This document shows positions 1 to 12,729 of a DNA stretch of 64,000 nt, one piece after another. Under the pieces are notes generated by a model that did no database searches, was not told the DNA's origin, and saw only the letters and a list, made by a program, of their open reading frames with translations. The translations under genes were made by a program, and so were the position numbers. The stretch comes from Felis catus (taxonomy: Eukaryota). Within the stretch, counting starts at the first letter, position 1. Every line of letters begins with the position of its first letter. The stretch is taken from assembly GCF_018350175.1 (NCBI RefSeq), contig NC_058377.1, positions 100,068,001 to 100,132,000 of the forward strand. The letters run 5' to 3'.

Positions 1-386
1 TTGAGTCTCTTATGTTTTGTCCCCCTCCTTGTTTTTATATTATTCTTGCTTCCCTTCCCTAATGATCATGTTTTGTACTTAAATTCCACATACAAATGAA
101 GTCACATGATATTTGTCTTTCTCTGACTAATTTCACTTAGCATAATACCCTCTAGTTCCATCCACATTGTTGCAAATGGCAACATTTCATTCTTTTTTAT
201 TACCAAGTAATACTCCATTGTATACACATATACCACATCTTCTTTATTCATTCAGCTGTTGATGGACATTTGGGCTCTTTCCATACTGTGGCTACCGTTG
301 ATAGCGCTGCTGTAAACATTGGGGTTCATGTGCCCTTTGAAACAGCACACGTGTATCCCTTGCATAAATACCTAGTAGTGCAATTG

Positions 387-525
387 NNNNNNNNNNNNNN
401 NNNNNNNNNNNNNNNNNNNNNNNNNNNNNNNNNNNNNNNNNNNNNNNNNNNNNNNNNNNNNNNNNNNNNNNNNNNNNNNNNNNNNNNNNNNNNNNNNNNN
501 NNNNNNNNNNNNNNNNNNNNNNNNN
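387..525. other. Assembly gap (N run)
   Basis: Run of N. Confidence 1.
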
Positions 526-3500
526 TGAGTTGTTAATTTTAGCCATTTTGTTAGGTGTGAGGTGGTATCTCATTGTGGTTTTAATTTGTATTTCCCTGAT
601 GATGAGTGATGCTGAGCATTTTTTTCATGTGTCTCTTAGCCATTTGGATGTCTTCTTTGGAGAAGCGTTCCATGTCTTTTGCCCTTTCTTCATTGGTTTA
701 TTCGTTTTTTGGGTGTTGGGTTTGATAAGTTCTTAATGTATTTTGGATAATAACACTTCCTCTGATATGTCATTTGCAAAATCTTCTCCCATTTGGTTGG
801 TTGCCTTTTAGTTTTGTTGATTGTTTCCTTTGCTATGCAGAAGTTTTTTATCTTGATGAGGTCCCAGTTGTTCATTTTGCTTTTGTTTCCCTTGCCTCTG
901 GAGATGTGTTGAGTAAGAAGTTGCTGCTGCTGAGGTCAAAGGGATTGTTGCCTGCTTTCTCCTCTAGGATTTTGATGGCTTTCTGTTTTACATTTAGGTC
1001 TTTCATCCATTTTGAGTTTATTTTTGTGTATGGTGTAAGAAAGTGGTCCAGGTTAATTTTCTGCATGCACTGTCCAGTTTTCCCAACACCATTTGCTGAA
1101 GATACTATCTTTATTCCATTGGATATTCTTTCCTGCTTTGTCAAAGATTAGTTGGCCATAGGTTTCTGGTTCCATTTCTGGGTTCTGTATTCTGTTCCAT
1201 TGATCTAAGTGTCTGTTTTTGTGCCATTAGTATACTGTCTGGATGATTACAGCTTTGTAATACATCTTGAAGTCTGGGAATGTGATGCCTCTAGCTTTGG
1301 TATTCTTTTTCAGGATTGCTTTGACTATTCGGGGTCTTTTATGGTTCCATACAAATTTTAGGATTGTTTGTTCTAGCTCTATGGAGAATGCTGGTGTTAT
1401 TTTGATAGGTATGGCATTGAATATATAGATTGCTTTGGGTAGTATAAACATTTTAACGATATTTGTTCTTCCTATCCAGAAGCATGAAATAGTTTTCCAT
1501 TTTTTTGTGTTTCCTTTAATTTCTTTCATAAGATTTCTATAGTTTTCAGTGTATAGATTTTTCACCTCTTTGGTTTTGTTTATTCCTAGGTATTTTATGG
1601 GTTTTGGTGCAATTGTAAATGGGATCGATTCCTTGATTTCTCTTTCTGTTGCTTCATTATTGGTGTATAGAAATGCAACCAATCTCTGTGTATTGATTTT
1701 ATATCCTTCAACTTTGCTGAATGCATGGATCAGTTCTAGCAGGTTTTTTTGGTGGAATCTTTTGGGTTTTCCATATAAAGTATCATGTCATCTGTGAAGG
1801 GAGAAAATTTGACTTCCTCCTTGCTGATTTGGATGCCTTTTATTCCTTTGTTTGTCTGATTGCTGAGGCTAAGACGTCCAGTACTATGTTGAATAACAGT
1901 GGCAAGAGTGGACATCCCTGTTGTGTTCCTGACCTTAGGGGAAAAGCTGTCAGTTTTTCCCCCATGAGGATGATAACAGTGGTGGGTCTTCCATATATAG
2001 CTTTTATGATCTTAATGTATGATCCTTCTATCCCTACTTGCTTGAGGGTTTTTATCAAGAAAGGATGCTGTATTTTGTCAAATGCTTTCTCTGCATCTAT
2101 TGAGAGGATCATGTGGTTTTTATCCTTTCTTTTATTGATATGATGTATCATGTTGTTTTGCAGATATTGAACCAGCCCTGCATCCCAGGAATAAATCCCA
2201 CTTGTCCATGGTGAATAATTATTTTAATGTATTGTTGGATCCGGTTAGCTAGTATCTTGTTGAGGATTTTTGCATCCATGTTCATCAGGGAAATTGGTCT
2301 GTAGTTCTCCTTTTTAGTGGGATCTTTGTCTGGTTTTGGAATCAAGGTAATGCTGGCTTCACAGAATGAGTTTGGAAGTTTTCCTTCCATTTCTATTTTT
2401 TGGAACAGCTTCAAAAGAATAGGTGTTAACTCTTCTTTAAATGCCCATCTGGCCCTGGACTCTTGTCTTTTGGGAGATTTTTGATTACTAATTTGATTTT
2501 ATTTTTACTGTTTACGGGTCTGTTCAAATTTTCTATTTCTTCTTGTTTCAGTTTTGGTAGTTTATATGTTTCTAGGAATTTGTCCAATTCTTCCAGACTG
2601 CCTAATTTATTTGCATATAATTGCTCATAATATTCTCTTACTATTGTTTGTATTTCTGCAGTGTTGGTTGTGATCTCCCCTCTTTAATTCTTGATTATAT
2701 TTATTTGGGTCCTTTCCATTTTCTTTTTGACCAAACTGCTAGGGGTTTATCAATTTTGTTAATTCTTTCAAAGAACCAGATCCTGGTTTCATTGATCTGT
2801 TCTACTGTTCTTTTGATTTTGATTGCCTTGATTTCTGTTCTAATCTTTATTATTTCCTGTCTTCTGCTGGTTTTGGGTTTTATTTGCTGTTCTTTTCCCA
2901 GGTCTTTAAGGTGTAAAGTTAAGCTGTGTATCTGAGACCTTTTTTCCTTGTTTAGGAAGGCCTGGATTGCTATGTTCTTCCTTCTTATGACTGCCTCCCA
3001 GAGGTTTGGGGTGTCGTGTTTTCATTTTCATTAACTTCCATGTACTTTTTAATTTACTCTTTAACTTCTTGGTTAGCCTATTTTTTCTTTAGTAGGATGG
3101 TCTTTAGTCTCCAGGTATTTGTTGTCTTTCCAAATTTTTTCTTGTGGTTGATTTTGAGTTTCATAGCATTGTGGTCTCAAAATATGCATAGTATGATCTT
3201 GATCGTTTTGTATTTGTTGAGGGCTGATTTGTGTCCCAGTATGGGATCTGTTCTGGAGAATGTTCCATGTGCATTTGAAAAGAATGTGTATTGTGCTGCT
3301 TTAGGATGAAATGTTCTGAATATATCTGTTAAGTCCATCCAGTACAGTGTGTCATTCAAAGCCATCGTTTCCTTGCTGATTTTCTGTCTGTTGCTGTAAA
3401 TGGGATGTTGAAATCCCCTACTATTATGGTATTATTACCAATGAGTTTCTGTATGTTGGTGATTAATTGATTGATATATTTGGGTGTTCAAGTTTGGGAC

Positions 3501-3751
3501 ATAAATGTTTACAATTATTAGATCTTCTTGGTGGATAGACCCCTTAATTATGATATAATTCCCTTCTTCGTCTCTTGTTACAGTCTTGATTTTAAAATCT
3601 AGATTGTCTGATATAAGTATGACAAATCTGACTTTCTTTTAGCTACCATTAGCATAATCCCCATACTTTCTCCATCCCCATACTTTCATGCTGAAGGTGT
3701 CTGTAGGTCTAAAATGTGTCTGTTGTAAACAGCATATAGATGGATCTTGTT

Positions 3752-4083
3752 TTCTTTCTTTCTTTTTTTTTGGTATTTTTATTTGATTTATTTTTTTAGT
3801 TTACATCCAAGTTAATTAGCATATAGTGCAGCAATGATTTCAGGAGTAGATTCCTTAATGCCCCTTACCCATTTATCCCATCCCCCCTCCCACAGCCCCT
3901 CCAGTAATCCTCTATTTGTTTTCCATATTTAAGAGTCTCTTATGTTTGTTCTCAACCTGTTTTTATATTATTTTTGCTTCCCTCCCCTTATGTTTATCTG
4001 TTTTGTATCTTAAAGTCCTCATATGAGTGAAGTCATATGATATTTGTCTTTCTCTGATTAATTTCGCTTAGCATAATACCCTC
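3752..4083 (-). mobile_element. 5'-truncated L1 3'UTR nested in the ORF2 endonuclease region of the host L1
   Basis: A T-rich tail is followed by L1 3'UTR sequence homologous to positions 1-156 and ~28690-28985. A 15-bp TSD TAGATGGATCTTGTT lies at 3737-3751 and 4084-4098. Confidence 0.9.
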
Positions 4084-6969
4084 TAGATGGATCTTGTTCT
4101 CCTATCCATTATATTACCCTGTTTCTTTTGATTGTAGCATTTAGTTCATTGATGTTTAGAGTGAGCCATGAAAGATATGAATTTAGCACCAGGGTGGCTT
4201 ATAGAGTTGAAGTTTCTGGTGGTGTTCTCTGGTCCTTTCTAGTGTTTGTTGCTTTTGGTCTTCTGGTTTTGTTTCATCTTTTCTTCCCTCAGAGAGTCCC
4301 CCTTAAAATTTCTTGCAGGGCTGGTTTAGTGGTCACAAACTCCTTTAGTTTTTGTTTGTCTGGAAAACTCTTTATCTCTCCTTCTATTTTGAATGACAGC
4401 TTTGCTGGATAAAGAATTCTTGGCTGCATATTTTTCCTCTTCAACACATTGAATATATCCTGTCACTTCTTTCTGGCTTGCCAAGTTTCTGTGGATAGGT
4501 CTGCTGTGAATCTGATCTGTTTTCCCGTATAGGTTAAGGACTTTTTTTCCCCTTACTGCTTTCATGATTCTTTCCTTGCCTGAGTTTTTGTGAAGTTGAC
4601 TTTGATATGCCTTGGTGGTGGTCAGTTTTTGTTGAATCTAATGCGAGTTCTCTGTGCTTCCTGGATTTTGATGTCTGTGTCTTTCCCCAGGTTAGGAAAG
4701 TTTTCTGCTATCATTTGCTCACATAGCCCTTCTACCCCTTTTTCTCCCTCTTCATCTTCTGGGGCCCCTATAATTCGGATGTTGTTCCGTTTTAATGAGT
4801 CATTGAGTTCTCTAATTCTTATATTGTGCTCTTTTGCCTTAGTTTCCATATTTTTTTCTGCTTCATTATTCTCCTAATTTGTCCTCTATAGTGCTGATTT
4901 GCTGCTCTGCTTCATCTAGCCTTGTCACCATGGCATCCATTCACAATTGCATCTTGGTTATAGCAATTTTACTTTCGTCTTGACTAGATTTTATTTCTTA
5001 TATCGCTGCAGAAGGGGATTCTATGCTTTTTTCACCCGAGCTAGTATTCTTATTATCAGGCTTCTAAATTCTGGTTCAGACATCTTGCTTGTATCTTTGT
5101 TGATTAAGTCCCTGGCTGTCATTTCTTCCTGTTCTTTCTTTTGGGGTGAATTCCTTCATTTCATCATTTTGTAGGAAGAAAAAGCATTAATAAAATTAAA
5201 AAAAAATTAAAATGAAAAACAACACAAAAAATCAAATACAACTTTGATTCTAGGTCCTAGGCATGCTTTGGTTGAAGCTTGGTAGAATACAGAAAAAAGA
5301 GAAAGAAAAGAAAAGGAAAAAAAAAAAGGAAAACATTTGATAATTTAAAAAGATGAATACAATAAAATAGAATAAAATTAAATGATGAAAGTAAAATAGA
5401 ATAAAAAAGATTTACAAAAGTAAAAAATATAGTGGAAACAAAAATCTTTTTTATAAAAACAGAAAATAAAAATAAATTTTTTCTCTTTCTATATTCAGGA
5501 TTAATAAAAAGTAAAAAAGTTGAATAGATGGACCAGCAAACAGAATGAAATATGGTTGAAATTATGTCATTTCCCCTAGAAATAAAACAATGAAGCACTT
5601 CATAGTCCATAAACTAAGCGGGTAGAGAGACTTGTGCTGTTCTTCTAGAGTGTGGTTGGTGAAGTTGAATGGGGCTTGGTGTAATGGCTCCATTCTCTAC
5701 TTGATGGCACTGCTTAGCTTACTGGGGTTGATCACTGTGGCCCTGTTGTGTACCTGTGTATGTGCATGCATGGGAGAGGTGAAAATGGCATCTCAGCTAC
5801 CCAGTCTCTAGTATCAGAACTCTCTGCTCTTACCCACTGGTAATTGTGCACCCCTCCTTTATCTCTGGCTTCCATCCACTCCTTGCTTCCACACTGCCTG
5901 CAACTAAGCCATCAGCCTGCCAGGCAGCACCTCCTTCCCGAGTTTTATCTTAGATGGGGCTGTGTTTCCAAACCCCTCACTTCTCAGGATCCTGCAGCTT
6001 TGACCTGCTCACATCCTCTGGGGAAGGGTCTTGCCAAGCAATGGCTAGGTGCCAGCTTGCCCCAGGAACGTTTGAGTGACTGCACTGGTACAGATGCCCA
6101 GAGACTGCCACCCCACCCCAGGAAAAAGTTCATGGGATCATGTAGCAGCAGTGTTTCAGGGATTATGTTAAATCACAACACACATCTGGCGACAGGCTTC
6201 ATTGGCTTTTAATGTTCGTGTTCGCACACCAACAAACATGGCTGTTATCTGAGGTCTGCTGAGATCTTTGCCTGTTGGGAGCAGCCACAGCCTCTACCAA
6301 ATGTCCTCTCAGCAGGTGAACTGCCTCTCCCCATGTGACCCGAGGACCCCTTGGCCCATGCTGTCTGCTCCTGGGGATTTGCCCTTCCCACCAGAGCTCT
6401 TCCAGGTATCGAGCTGCAGAGTTTCAGACTCTGTGCTCCTCTGTTTATAGAGTCTTAATGGTATTTAAACCTTCTCCTTTCTCCTTTCTCTTTTCTCCCT
6501 TTCTTGTTAAGTCCCTTATGGGTGCTTCCACTCCTTCTCTTACTCTCCATCTGCTTTCAGGGTGAGTGCTTTTCCTGTACTGCTCCCCCCCGCCCCCACC
6601 CTGTCTCCGTATTCTCTCTGCAAGCAAAAATAGCTCCCTATTCTCCATAGCTTCTCTCTCCCCCAGTTTACCTCTCCTTGTTGTGTACCTGCCAAGTTCA
6701 AGTTGTGCAGAATGTCGTGTTACTCCTCAGATCAATTTTCTAGGTGTGCAAGATGGTTTGGTGTTGATCTAGCTGCATTTCAGGGACAAGAGAAGCAAAA
6801 AACTTCCATGCTCCTCTGCCATCTTGGACCCTCCCCTCAGACAGGTCCAGTGTTAGAATCATTTAGACCTGAAAACAGTTTTCTGATTCCCTGGATTGTT
6901 GAAACTTTCTTATATCACATAATTTGTGTTCTTGCAGAGCTAACTACTTTTTTTGTGCTCAGAGAAGCC

Positions 6970-7899
6970 ATGGGAACCAAGAACAACGTGACTGAATTTG
7001 TGTTGTTCGGCCTTTTCCAGAGCAGGGAGATGCAGTATGTGTGCTTCGTGGTCTTCTCCCTCTTCCATGTACTCACTATCCTGGGGAACCTTCTGGTCAT
7101 CATCACCATCAATGCAAGCAAGACCCTGAAGGCTCCCATGTATTTCTTCCTCAGCCACCTCTCTTTTGCCGACATGTGCTATCCATCTGCTACCACACCC
7201 AAGATGATCGCAGACACTTTTGTGGAGCGAAAGACCATCTCCTTCAATGGCTGCATGACCCAGCTCTTTTCTGCCCACTTCTTCGGTGGCACTGAGATAT
7301 TCCTCCTCACAGCCATGGCCTATGACCGCTATGTGGCCATCTGTAGACCCCTGCACTACACAACCATCATGGGTCAGTGGAAGTGTGGCTTGCTGGCCGG
7401 GGCCTCCTGGGTGGCTGGCTTCCTGCATTCCATCCTACAGACACTCCTGACAGTCCAGCTGCCCTTTTGTGGGCCCAATGAGATTGACAACTTCTTCTGT
7501 GATGTTCATCCCTTGCTGAAGCTGGCCTGTGCAGACACCTATGTGGTGGGGCTCATTGTGGTGGCCAACAGTGGCATGATCTCTTTGGTGTCCTTTATCA
7601 TCCTTATCATCTCCTATGTGGTCATCTTGTTGAACCTGAGACACCAGTCATCTGAGGGCCGGCGCAAGGCTCTGTCCACATGTGGCTCACACATCATCAC
7701 GGTCATTTTGGTCCTCGTGCCCCCCATGTTCATGTACATTCGTCCCTCCACCACCCTGGCTGCTGACAAACTTGTCATCCTCTTTAACATCGTCATGCCA
7801 CCTTTGCTGAACCCTCTGATCTACACGTTGAGGAATAATGAGGTGAAAAATGCCATGAGGAAACTGTTTAGGGTACAAGGGAGTACAGGGGAGAAGTGA
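6970..7899 (+). CDS. OR4S1: Olfactory receptor 4S1, 309 aa, intact
   Basis: [10 protein letters not shown] start with N-glycosylation sequon. OR motifs [32 protein letters not shown] and [12 protein letters not shown] are present. Closely matches the recalled human OR4S1 ([22 protein letters not shown]...LGEK). Splice acceptor TGTTCTTGCAG ends at 6937. Confidence 0.93.
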   Translation: MGTKNNVTEFVLFGLFQSREMQYVCFVVFSLFHVLTILGNLLVIITINASKTLKAPMYFFLSHLSFADMCYPSATTPKMIADTFVERKTISFNGCMTQLFSAHFFGGTEIFLLTAMAYDRYVAICRPLHYTTIMGQWKCGLLAGASWVAGFLHSILQTLLTVQLPFCGPNEIDNFFCDVHPLLKLACADTYVVGLIVVANSGMISLVSFIILIISYVVILLNLRHQSSEGRRKALSTCGSHIITVILVLVPPMFMYIRPSTTLAADKLVILFNIVMPPLLNPLIYTLRNNEVKNAMRKLFRVQGSTGEK

Positions 7900-8475
7900 C
7901 AGTCCAGGGAATCTCATTAAGCCTGGAACTTGGGAGACTTCCCATCTTGTAGCATCTCCAATTTAATGCTTGTAATGACAACTGTGTAATAATAATAATC
8001 CCACATATTCCTTCAACCTTTCATTCATTAAGTATTTATTGTCTGCAGTCAGTGAGGCATTGGGGATATGAATAAAAGTAAGATGTAACCTCTACCCCAC
8101 AAGAGGATCACAGTACAGGAGGCTCTTAGTGATACCGAAGGGCTCATTCAGGAAACCTGTGAGGTCTATAATTGAGGGAACCTCCAGGAAGGCTGAGTAG
8201 CTCATCTACAACCATGGAGAATACTACTACATAATTCCTTTATTGTGGCTAACATAGTGCTCAATGACATTTATTCTCTCATGACCTCCAAGTCACTTTA
8301 TTTGTGGTCCTTCATTTCATGCTCTCAGCCGGCAGATGAATAAATAAGTGTAGAGAGGTTATAGGATTGACCCCAAGTCACCAAATAGACCCTGAGCCAG
8401 GTGAAGACCAGAATGTAGGTCCCCTAAGTCCACTTTCAGGGCACTCCTCACCTCAGAACATCTTGACAAAGACCG

Positions 8476-8928
8476 TGTGAAAATTAATACAGGGGGTCCT
8501 CACTGAAATGGAGTCAGGAGGCCAGCAGGGGGAGCACTCATGCCCTATCACCATGGTCCTCAAAAGCAGAGTCCACAGGAAAAGAGGACGGTAGAAGGCC
8601 ATACAGCTTTACTATCCCTGCAGGAGGAAGAAAGTCCGCTCTGCTCCAGGCAGCAGCCCAACAAATGAGAGACAGCCACAGCTCAGCCAATGAAAAGACA
8701 CTATGCTGAGAACTCCCAGTTTACTCCAATGAATTTTGTGTTTAGAACAGCCACTGCCCCCCACACCCCCCCCCCTTCCTCTATAAAAGAGTGTTCCTTT
8801 CCTTAATTTCAGGGATTTATCTGTGGTTTCCCATGGTTATCTAATTCTGGGTTGCAATTCTGTGCTATTCCCCTTTAAACCGGTTTTTGCTGGTAAGATA
8901 ATGGGCAGTTTTATTTTTAAGGTTAACA
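8476..8928 (+). mobile_element. Solo LTR (carnivore ERV-like)
   Basis: TG...CA termini, flanks ACCG/ACTG (4-bp TSD with CpG decay), CCAAT boxes and TATAAAA at ~8782. Confidence 0.7.
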
Positions 8929-9074
8929 ACTGAGTGAATGGACACTGGGCAGGACGGACCAGGAAGTTTTGAAGGACCAAGGATTGGTGGTGACCAGTGA
9001 GGATGGAGAACAGAGCCGGGGAAGGCTAGTTGTCAGCACTTTTCTCTCTCCAGCAGAGCAGGGACTGTGGCCCC

Positions 9075-9489
9075 TGATGAGGGCAACAAAGACAAGAAAA
9101 ATGTAGTTTAAATTAAATCTCCTTACAGCTTGCATTGCACTGATACCAGAGACCTACAGTGAATAACTGCCTCAAGGAGTTTCTTGCTGCCTTAATGTCT
9201 ACATTTCATTAAAAATTAAAGGCAACCTTACCTTGACAATAGCTAAATCTTCAGGGTCTTGTAAGACCCTGCTTTCACCATACAGAAATTCCTTTGAAAC
9301 TATCTCTACCCTCCCTCCCTCCCTCCCCAAACTTAAAAGTCTATGAGTCACTCCTCATAACCCCAGTGCAGCTCTTTCTGCCCAGGGGTCCTGTCCCTGT
9401 GCTATAATAAAATCACCTTTTTGCACCAAAATGTCTCAAGAATTCTTTCTTAGCCGTTTGCTCATGAACCCCACTTCGTAATTTCATCA
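9075..9489 (+). mobile_element. Solo LTR (carnivore ERV-like)
   Basis: Terminal inverted repeat TGATGA...TCATCA, AATAAA at ~9406, flanks GCCCC/GCTCC. Confidence 0.75.
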
Positions 9490-9590
9490 GCTCCCATTTA
9501 TCCCCTTCTGTCTTCCTTCGTTTTGCTGCGAGAGGGAAAGTTTATGCAGAATGGATTAGGAGGGCTGCACTGGACATCTTGCTTAATTAA

Positions 9591-9949
9591 TGTTGGTTTG
9601 CAAACCGCCCTTCGGGCAGGGAGAGGCCAAAGAAAGAGGCCGCTCCAGATCAGTAGGGGCAGGTTTAATGAGCAGGTTTAATAAGTTACATAGGAGGCTG
9701 TCTTAAGTGGGACCCAGACCAGTAGATTTCCGCACCTGCTGCCAGAATCTTAAAAGGTTATACAGAGACCATTAGTCCAGATGGTTTCAATAACTCCTTA
9801 CACTCTCAAGGTGAGTGCTCGGAAGCGGCTGAGGGAAGGTGGGCAGAGAGAATGTTCATTGGAGAGGGGCTGGTGGGGATCCTCCAATTCTTTGGATACA
9901 GCCTGAGGGCCAACCAGCAGTCATGACCTCTCAATGACCTTCTGCAACA
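9591..9949 (-). mobile_element. Solo LTR
   Basis: Termini TGTTG...CAACA with an exact 5-bp TSD ATTAA (9586-9590, 9950-9954). Orientation is inferred from TTTAAT/TTATA motifs. Confidence 0.75.
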
Positions 9950-10764
9950 ATTAACCATTCACGGGTCATTCGCCCCTGTTGGGTGTCAATTTCCTCATTT
10001 CCAAATGGAGACAGTAACAATACGAGCTTCCAGCGTCTTCGGAAAGTTGCTTTGTAAAGTCCTATATGAAAGTCTGTTGTGCAGAGGTCGCTCCCACACT
10101 GTTTATGCTGTGGTCCTGTTGTCCTAAAACCCTGACTACTCTCCTAAATGCCAGGTGGATTAATTCGCTTCTCAAATGTTTATCGATGACTTAACATGTG
10201 GTAAGTACATTTTTTTATTTTTATTTTTTTCCATCTGGCTTTGAGTTTATTCAATGCAGGCCACCCAGCCCTTCCTCAGAGTGGTGGCTGAATTTGGGGA
10301 ACAAAACAAAGGCCTCTGAGGTGAGAGTGTGGATTAGGGTGGAGCCTGGGGTGAGGTGAAGGTGTATGGGAGGCTCTGGTCCTCAGCGTTGGCTGTCCCC
10401 CCCGACCCTCTATTTTCGGCAGGCTGCGGTGGGGTTGAGGGGCAGGTCTGCAAGGAACAGGTCCTGGGCTTTTTGCTACTTCCGGTCCCCCTTCCTTTCT
10501 GCCCTGTGTCCTTACTTTGGAGGTTCAGAGACTAAACTTTCCACCTGGCTGGGAAGGTGGGGGAAGGACGGAAGGAAGGAGGGGCCCAGGCCCCAGACCA
10601 TGGCCCTGGTGCCTTTCCTGGGTAGGAGCTAGAGGGACAGCAGAAAAGCAGCGACAAAAATCTTTTCATTCATGAAACTTACATTTACGTGGGTGATAAA
10701 AGTTACTGTTACTGAATTCTTCCAGTATGCCAGACTCTATTCTAAGTGTTTTTAGTGAGTCTCT

Positions 10765-11380
10765 GTCTCCGACTGTGAACTTCACAAGAGTTTCGCAGTT
10801 TTGTTTTCTCTCCCCTCAGAGAGGGTGTCTGCAGCTGACAGGAGCTGGGTGTTCCCCCTTCCCCCAGGTTAGTGCTGGTTAACTAGTTTCCCCTGAGTGC
10901 GGGCCTTGTGAAGAACAGGCGTTCTGGTACATTTAAACACGGTTCCTTTTCTTTTCCTCTCCCTGCTGGAAGTACGAGGGGATTTTTCTCTGATATTGAC
11001 TGTGGGCACCTGGTCGAGCTCCTGGAGGTAAATCTCGCAATATTGTGGGCGGCCTCCTTACTGGGTTTTCTGGGGTTTTTAACTCCCAGACTTGTTCATG
11101 CTGAGCCACCCGCGCTTCACTGATTATAGTTCAGGTTTTCCTACTCCGGCCCTGATCGCTGCTGTGGTTTCCTCTTATGCATCTCTGCTCTGGGAGGCTG
11201 CAACCCCCGCGTTCCTCCGTCTTCTCCCTAGTCTTGGGGGCAGCGGTTTGCCCTGTGTACTCCCTCTTACGGACCCAAGAGGAGTTGTTGGCTTTTCAGT
11301 CTGTTCAGCTTTTTTTTTTTGCTTAGGATGGAGTGGAGACTTCCAAGCTCCTTCAGTGGGAACCGGACTGGAATCCCTGT
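10765..11380 (-). mobile_element. Ancient L1M (L1MC/MD-type) 5' region fragment
   Basis: Resembles the recalled L1MC/MD 5' consensus (CCCTGCTGGAAG..GAGGGGATTTTTCTC..CTCCTGGAGGTAAA). Confidence 0.5.
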
Positions 11381-11660
11381 TCTCCCTGTTTTGACTGTAT
11401 TAACCACTTTAGTTGTGAGGACAATCTCATGAAGTTGACATACTCATCAGAAGTGTGATCGGGTTTGGGTGAGGATGGCAGTGTTGAAAAACTCCGTTCC
11501 GTCTGATGCCTAATCTAAGTACAAATGTTCATCTTGACTATGAGAATAATAGCAATAAAACAGCAGTGGACCCCTCAAAAGCACAGTATCCTGAGAAGTT
11601 TTCATAGATCAGCTTTATCTGTGTTGAATAAATGATTCCTTTAAAAGTCCTTGGAAGTTT

Positions 11661-11883
11661 GGGGCACCTGAGTGGCGCAGTCGGTTAAGCGTCCGACTTC
11701 AGCCAGGTCACGATCTTGCGGTCCGTGAGTTCGAGCCCCGCGTCGGGCTCTGGGCTGATGGCTCAGAGCCTGGAGCCTGTTTCCGATTCTGTGTCTCCCT
11801 CTCTCTCTGCCCCTCCCCCGTTCATGCTCTGTCTCTCTCTGTCCCAAAAATAAATAAACGTTGAAAAAACTTAAAAAAAAAAA
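11661..11883 (+). mobile_element. SINEC_Fc (young felid Can-SINE)
   Basis: tRNA-derived head, (CT)n, AATAAA/poly-A tail; TSD AAAAGTCCTTGGAAG at 11643 and 11884. Confidence 0.95.
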
Positions 11884-12484
11884 AAAAGTCCTTGGAAGAA
11901 TAGGAACATGTATGTCTGTTCAGGTTTGAAGATAAATGCAAGTGTAGAGAGACACAGGCCAAATTACTTATATGGAGTCACATACAAGGACTTCCAATTG
12001 CTAGTTAGTGCCCTGATCACCGTAGAAAACACCATCAAATTAAGAAGATCTCATTGTTTCCCAGTTACTCCTCTTCCCTCAGTGAAACCCCATCTTAATG
12101 TTCCTAGTACAGACATTCTGGTAGTTGTAAATAGATGAAGCTTCTTGGCTGGACCCTGAAGCCACTCGCTCTTATGCTTTCTTTAAACTCCATTTAATAA
12201 CCTTTTTTTTTTTGTCAACTTTCATTCACCCTCCAGGACGGAGTCTCCCTGGAGGACTGCTTAATTCCAAATGTAAACAACATGTAATTTTTACTGCACA
12301 TTTATTTCTTCTGCCTCATTGGAGAGAGAGTAGACAACGGATGTTGTGGGAGCTGTGGTTTTGGGGAAAGGACCATGAACTCCTTGGAGGTTGGAAGCAC
12401 CTGCAGTGAAGGCAGAAAAGGAAAGTGACTAGAAGTTCAAATGCACCCCGCCCTCAGGCAGATATCCTTCATGAAAGTAATTTT

Positions 12485-12682
12485 TGGGCACCTGGGTGGC
12501 TCCGTTGGTTGAGCATCTGACTTCAGCTTGGGTCATGATCTTGTGTTTCGTGAGCCCCACGTTAGGCTCTCTGCTGTCAGCCTGTCAGTACAGAGCCCAC
12601 TTTGGATCCTCGGTTCCCTTCTCTCTGCACCCCCCCCCCCCTTATGCTCTCTTTCTCAAAAAATAAATAAAACATTAAAAAA
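12485..12682 (+). mobile_element. Can-SINE
   Basis: GGGCACCTGGGTGGCTC head and A-rich tail. Confidence 0.9.
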
Positions 12683-12729
12683 AGTATTTTTTTCTTACCT
12701 GCCTTTAAAAATATTTGAGACAAAGGAAC

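Larger units (their letters stand above)
1..6838 (-). mobile_element. Near full-length carnivore LINE-1, inactive (ORF1 and ORF2 broken; 3' end runs off the window)
   Basis: Minus-strand ORF fragments match L1 ORF2 ([65 protein letters not shown]) and ORF1 (LKRNNIRIIGAPE, IAENFPNLGKD). The 5' end reads GAGGGGAGGGTCCAAGATGGC on the minus strand (YY1-type L1 start) at ~6838-6818. ORF1 starts at ~5167 and ORF2 at ~4195. Confidence 0.95.

Noticed and set aside
1-5167. Active L1
   Set aside because: Multiple stops, frameshifts, deletions and a nested insertion in ORF2.
6703-6969. 398-aa ORF as the annotated OR4S1 protein
   Set aside because: It starts at TTG inside the L1 and crosses a splice acceptor. 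The canonical start is 6970; the extension is kept only as a speculative finding.
6915-7917. Antisense and alternate-frame ORFs over the OR genes (also at 23422-24010, 41993-42456, 52908-53731, 59560-59781)
   Set aside because: Shadow ORFs arising from OR codon bias; no independent coding evidence.
11661-11745. tRNA-like A/B boxes
   Set aside because: tRNA-derived SINE heads; no standalone tRNA or other ncRNA gene was recognised.
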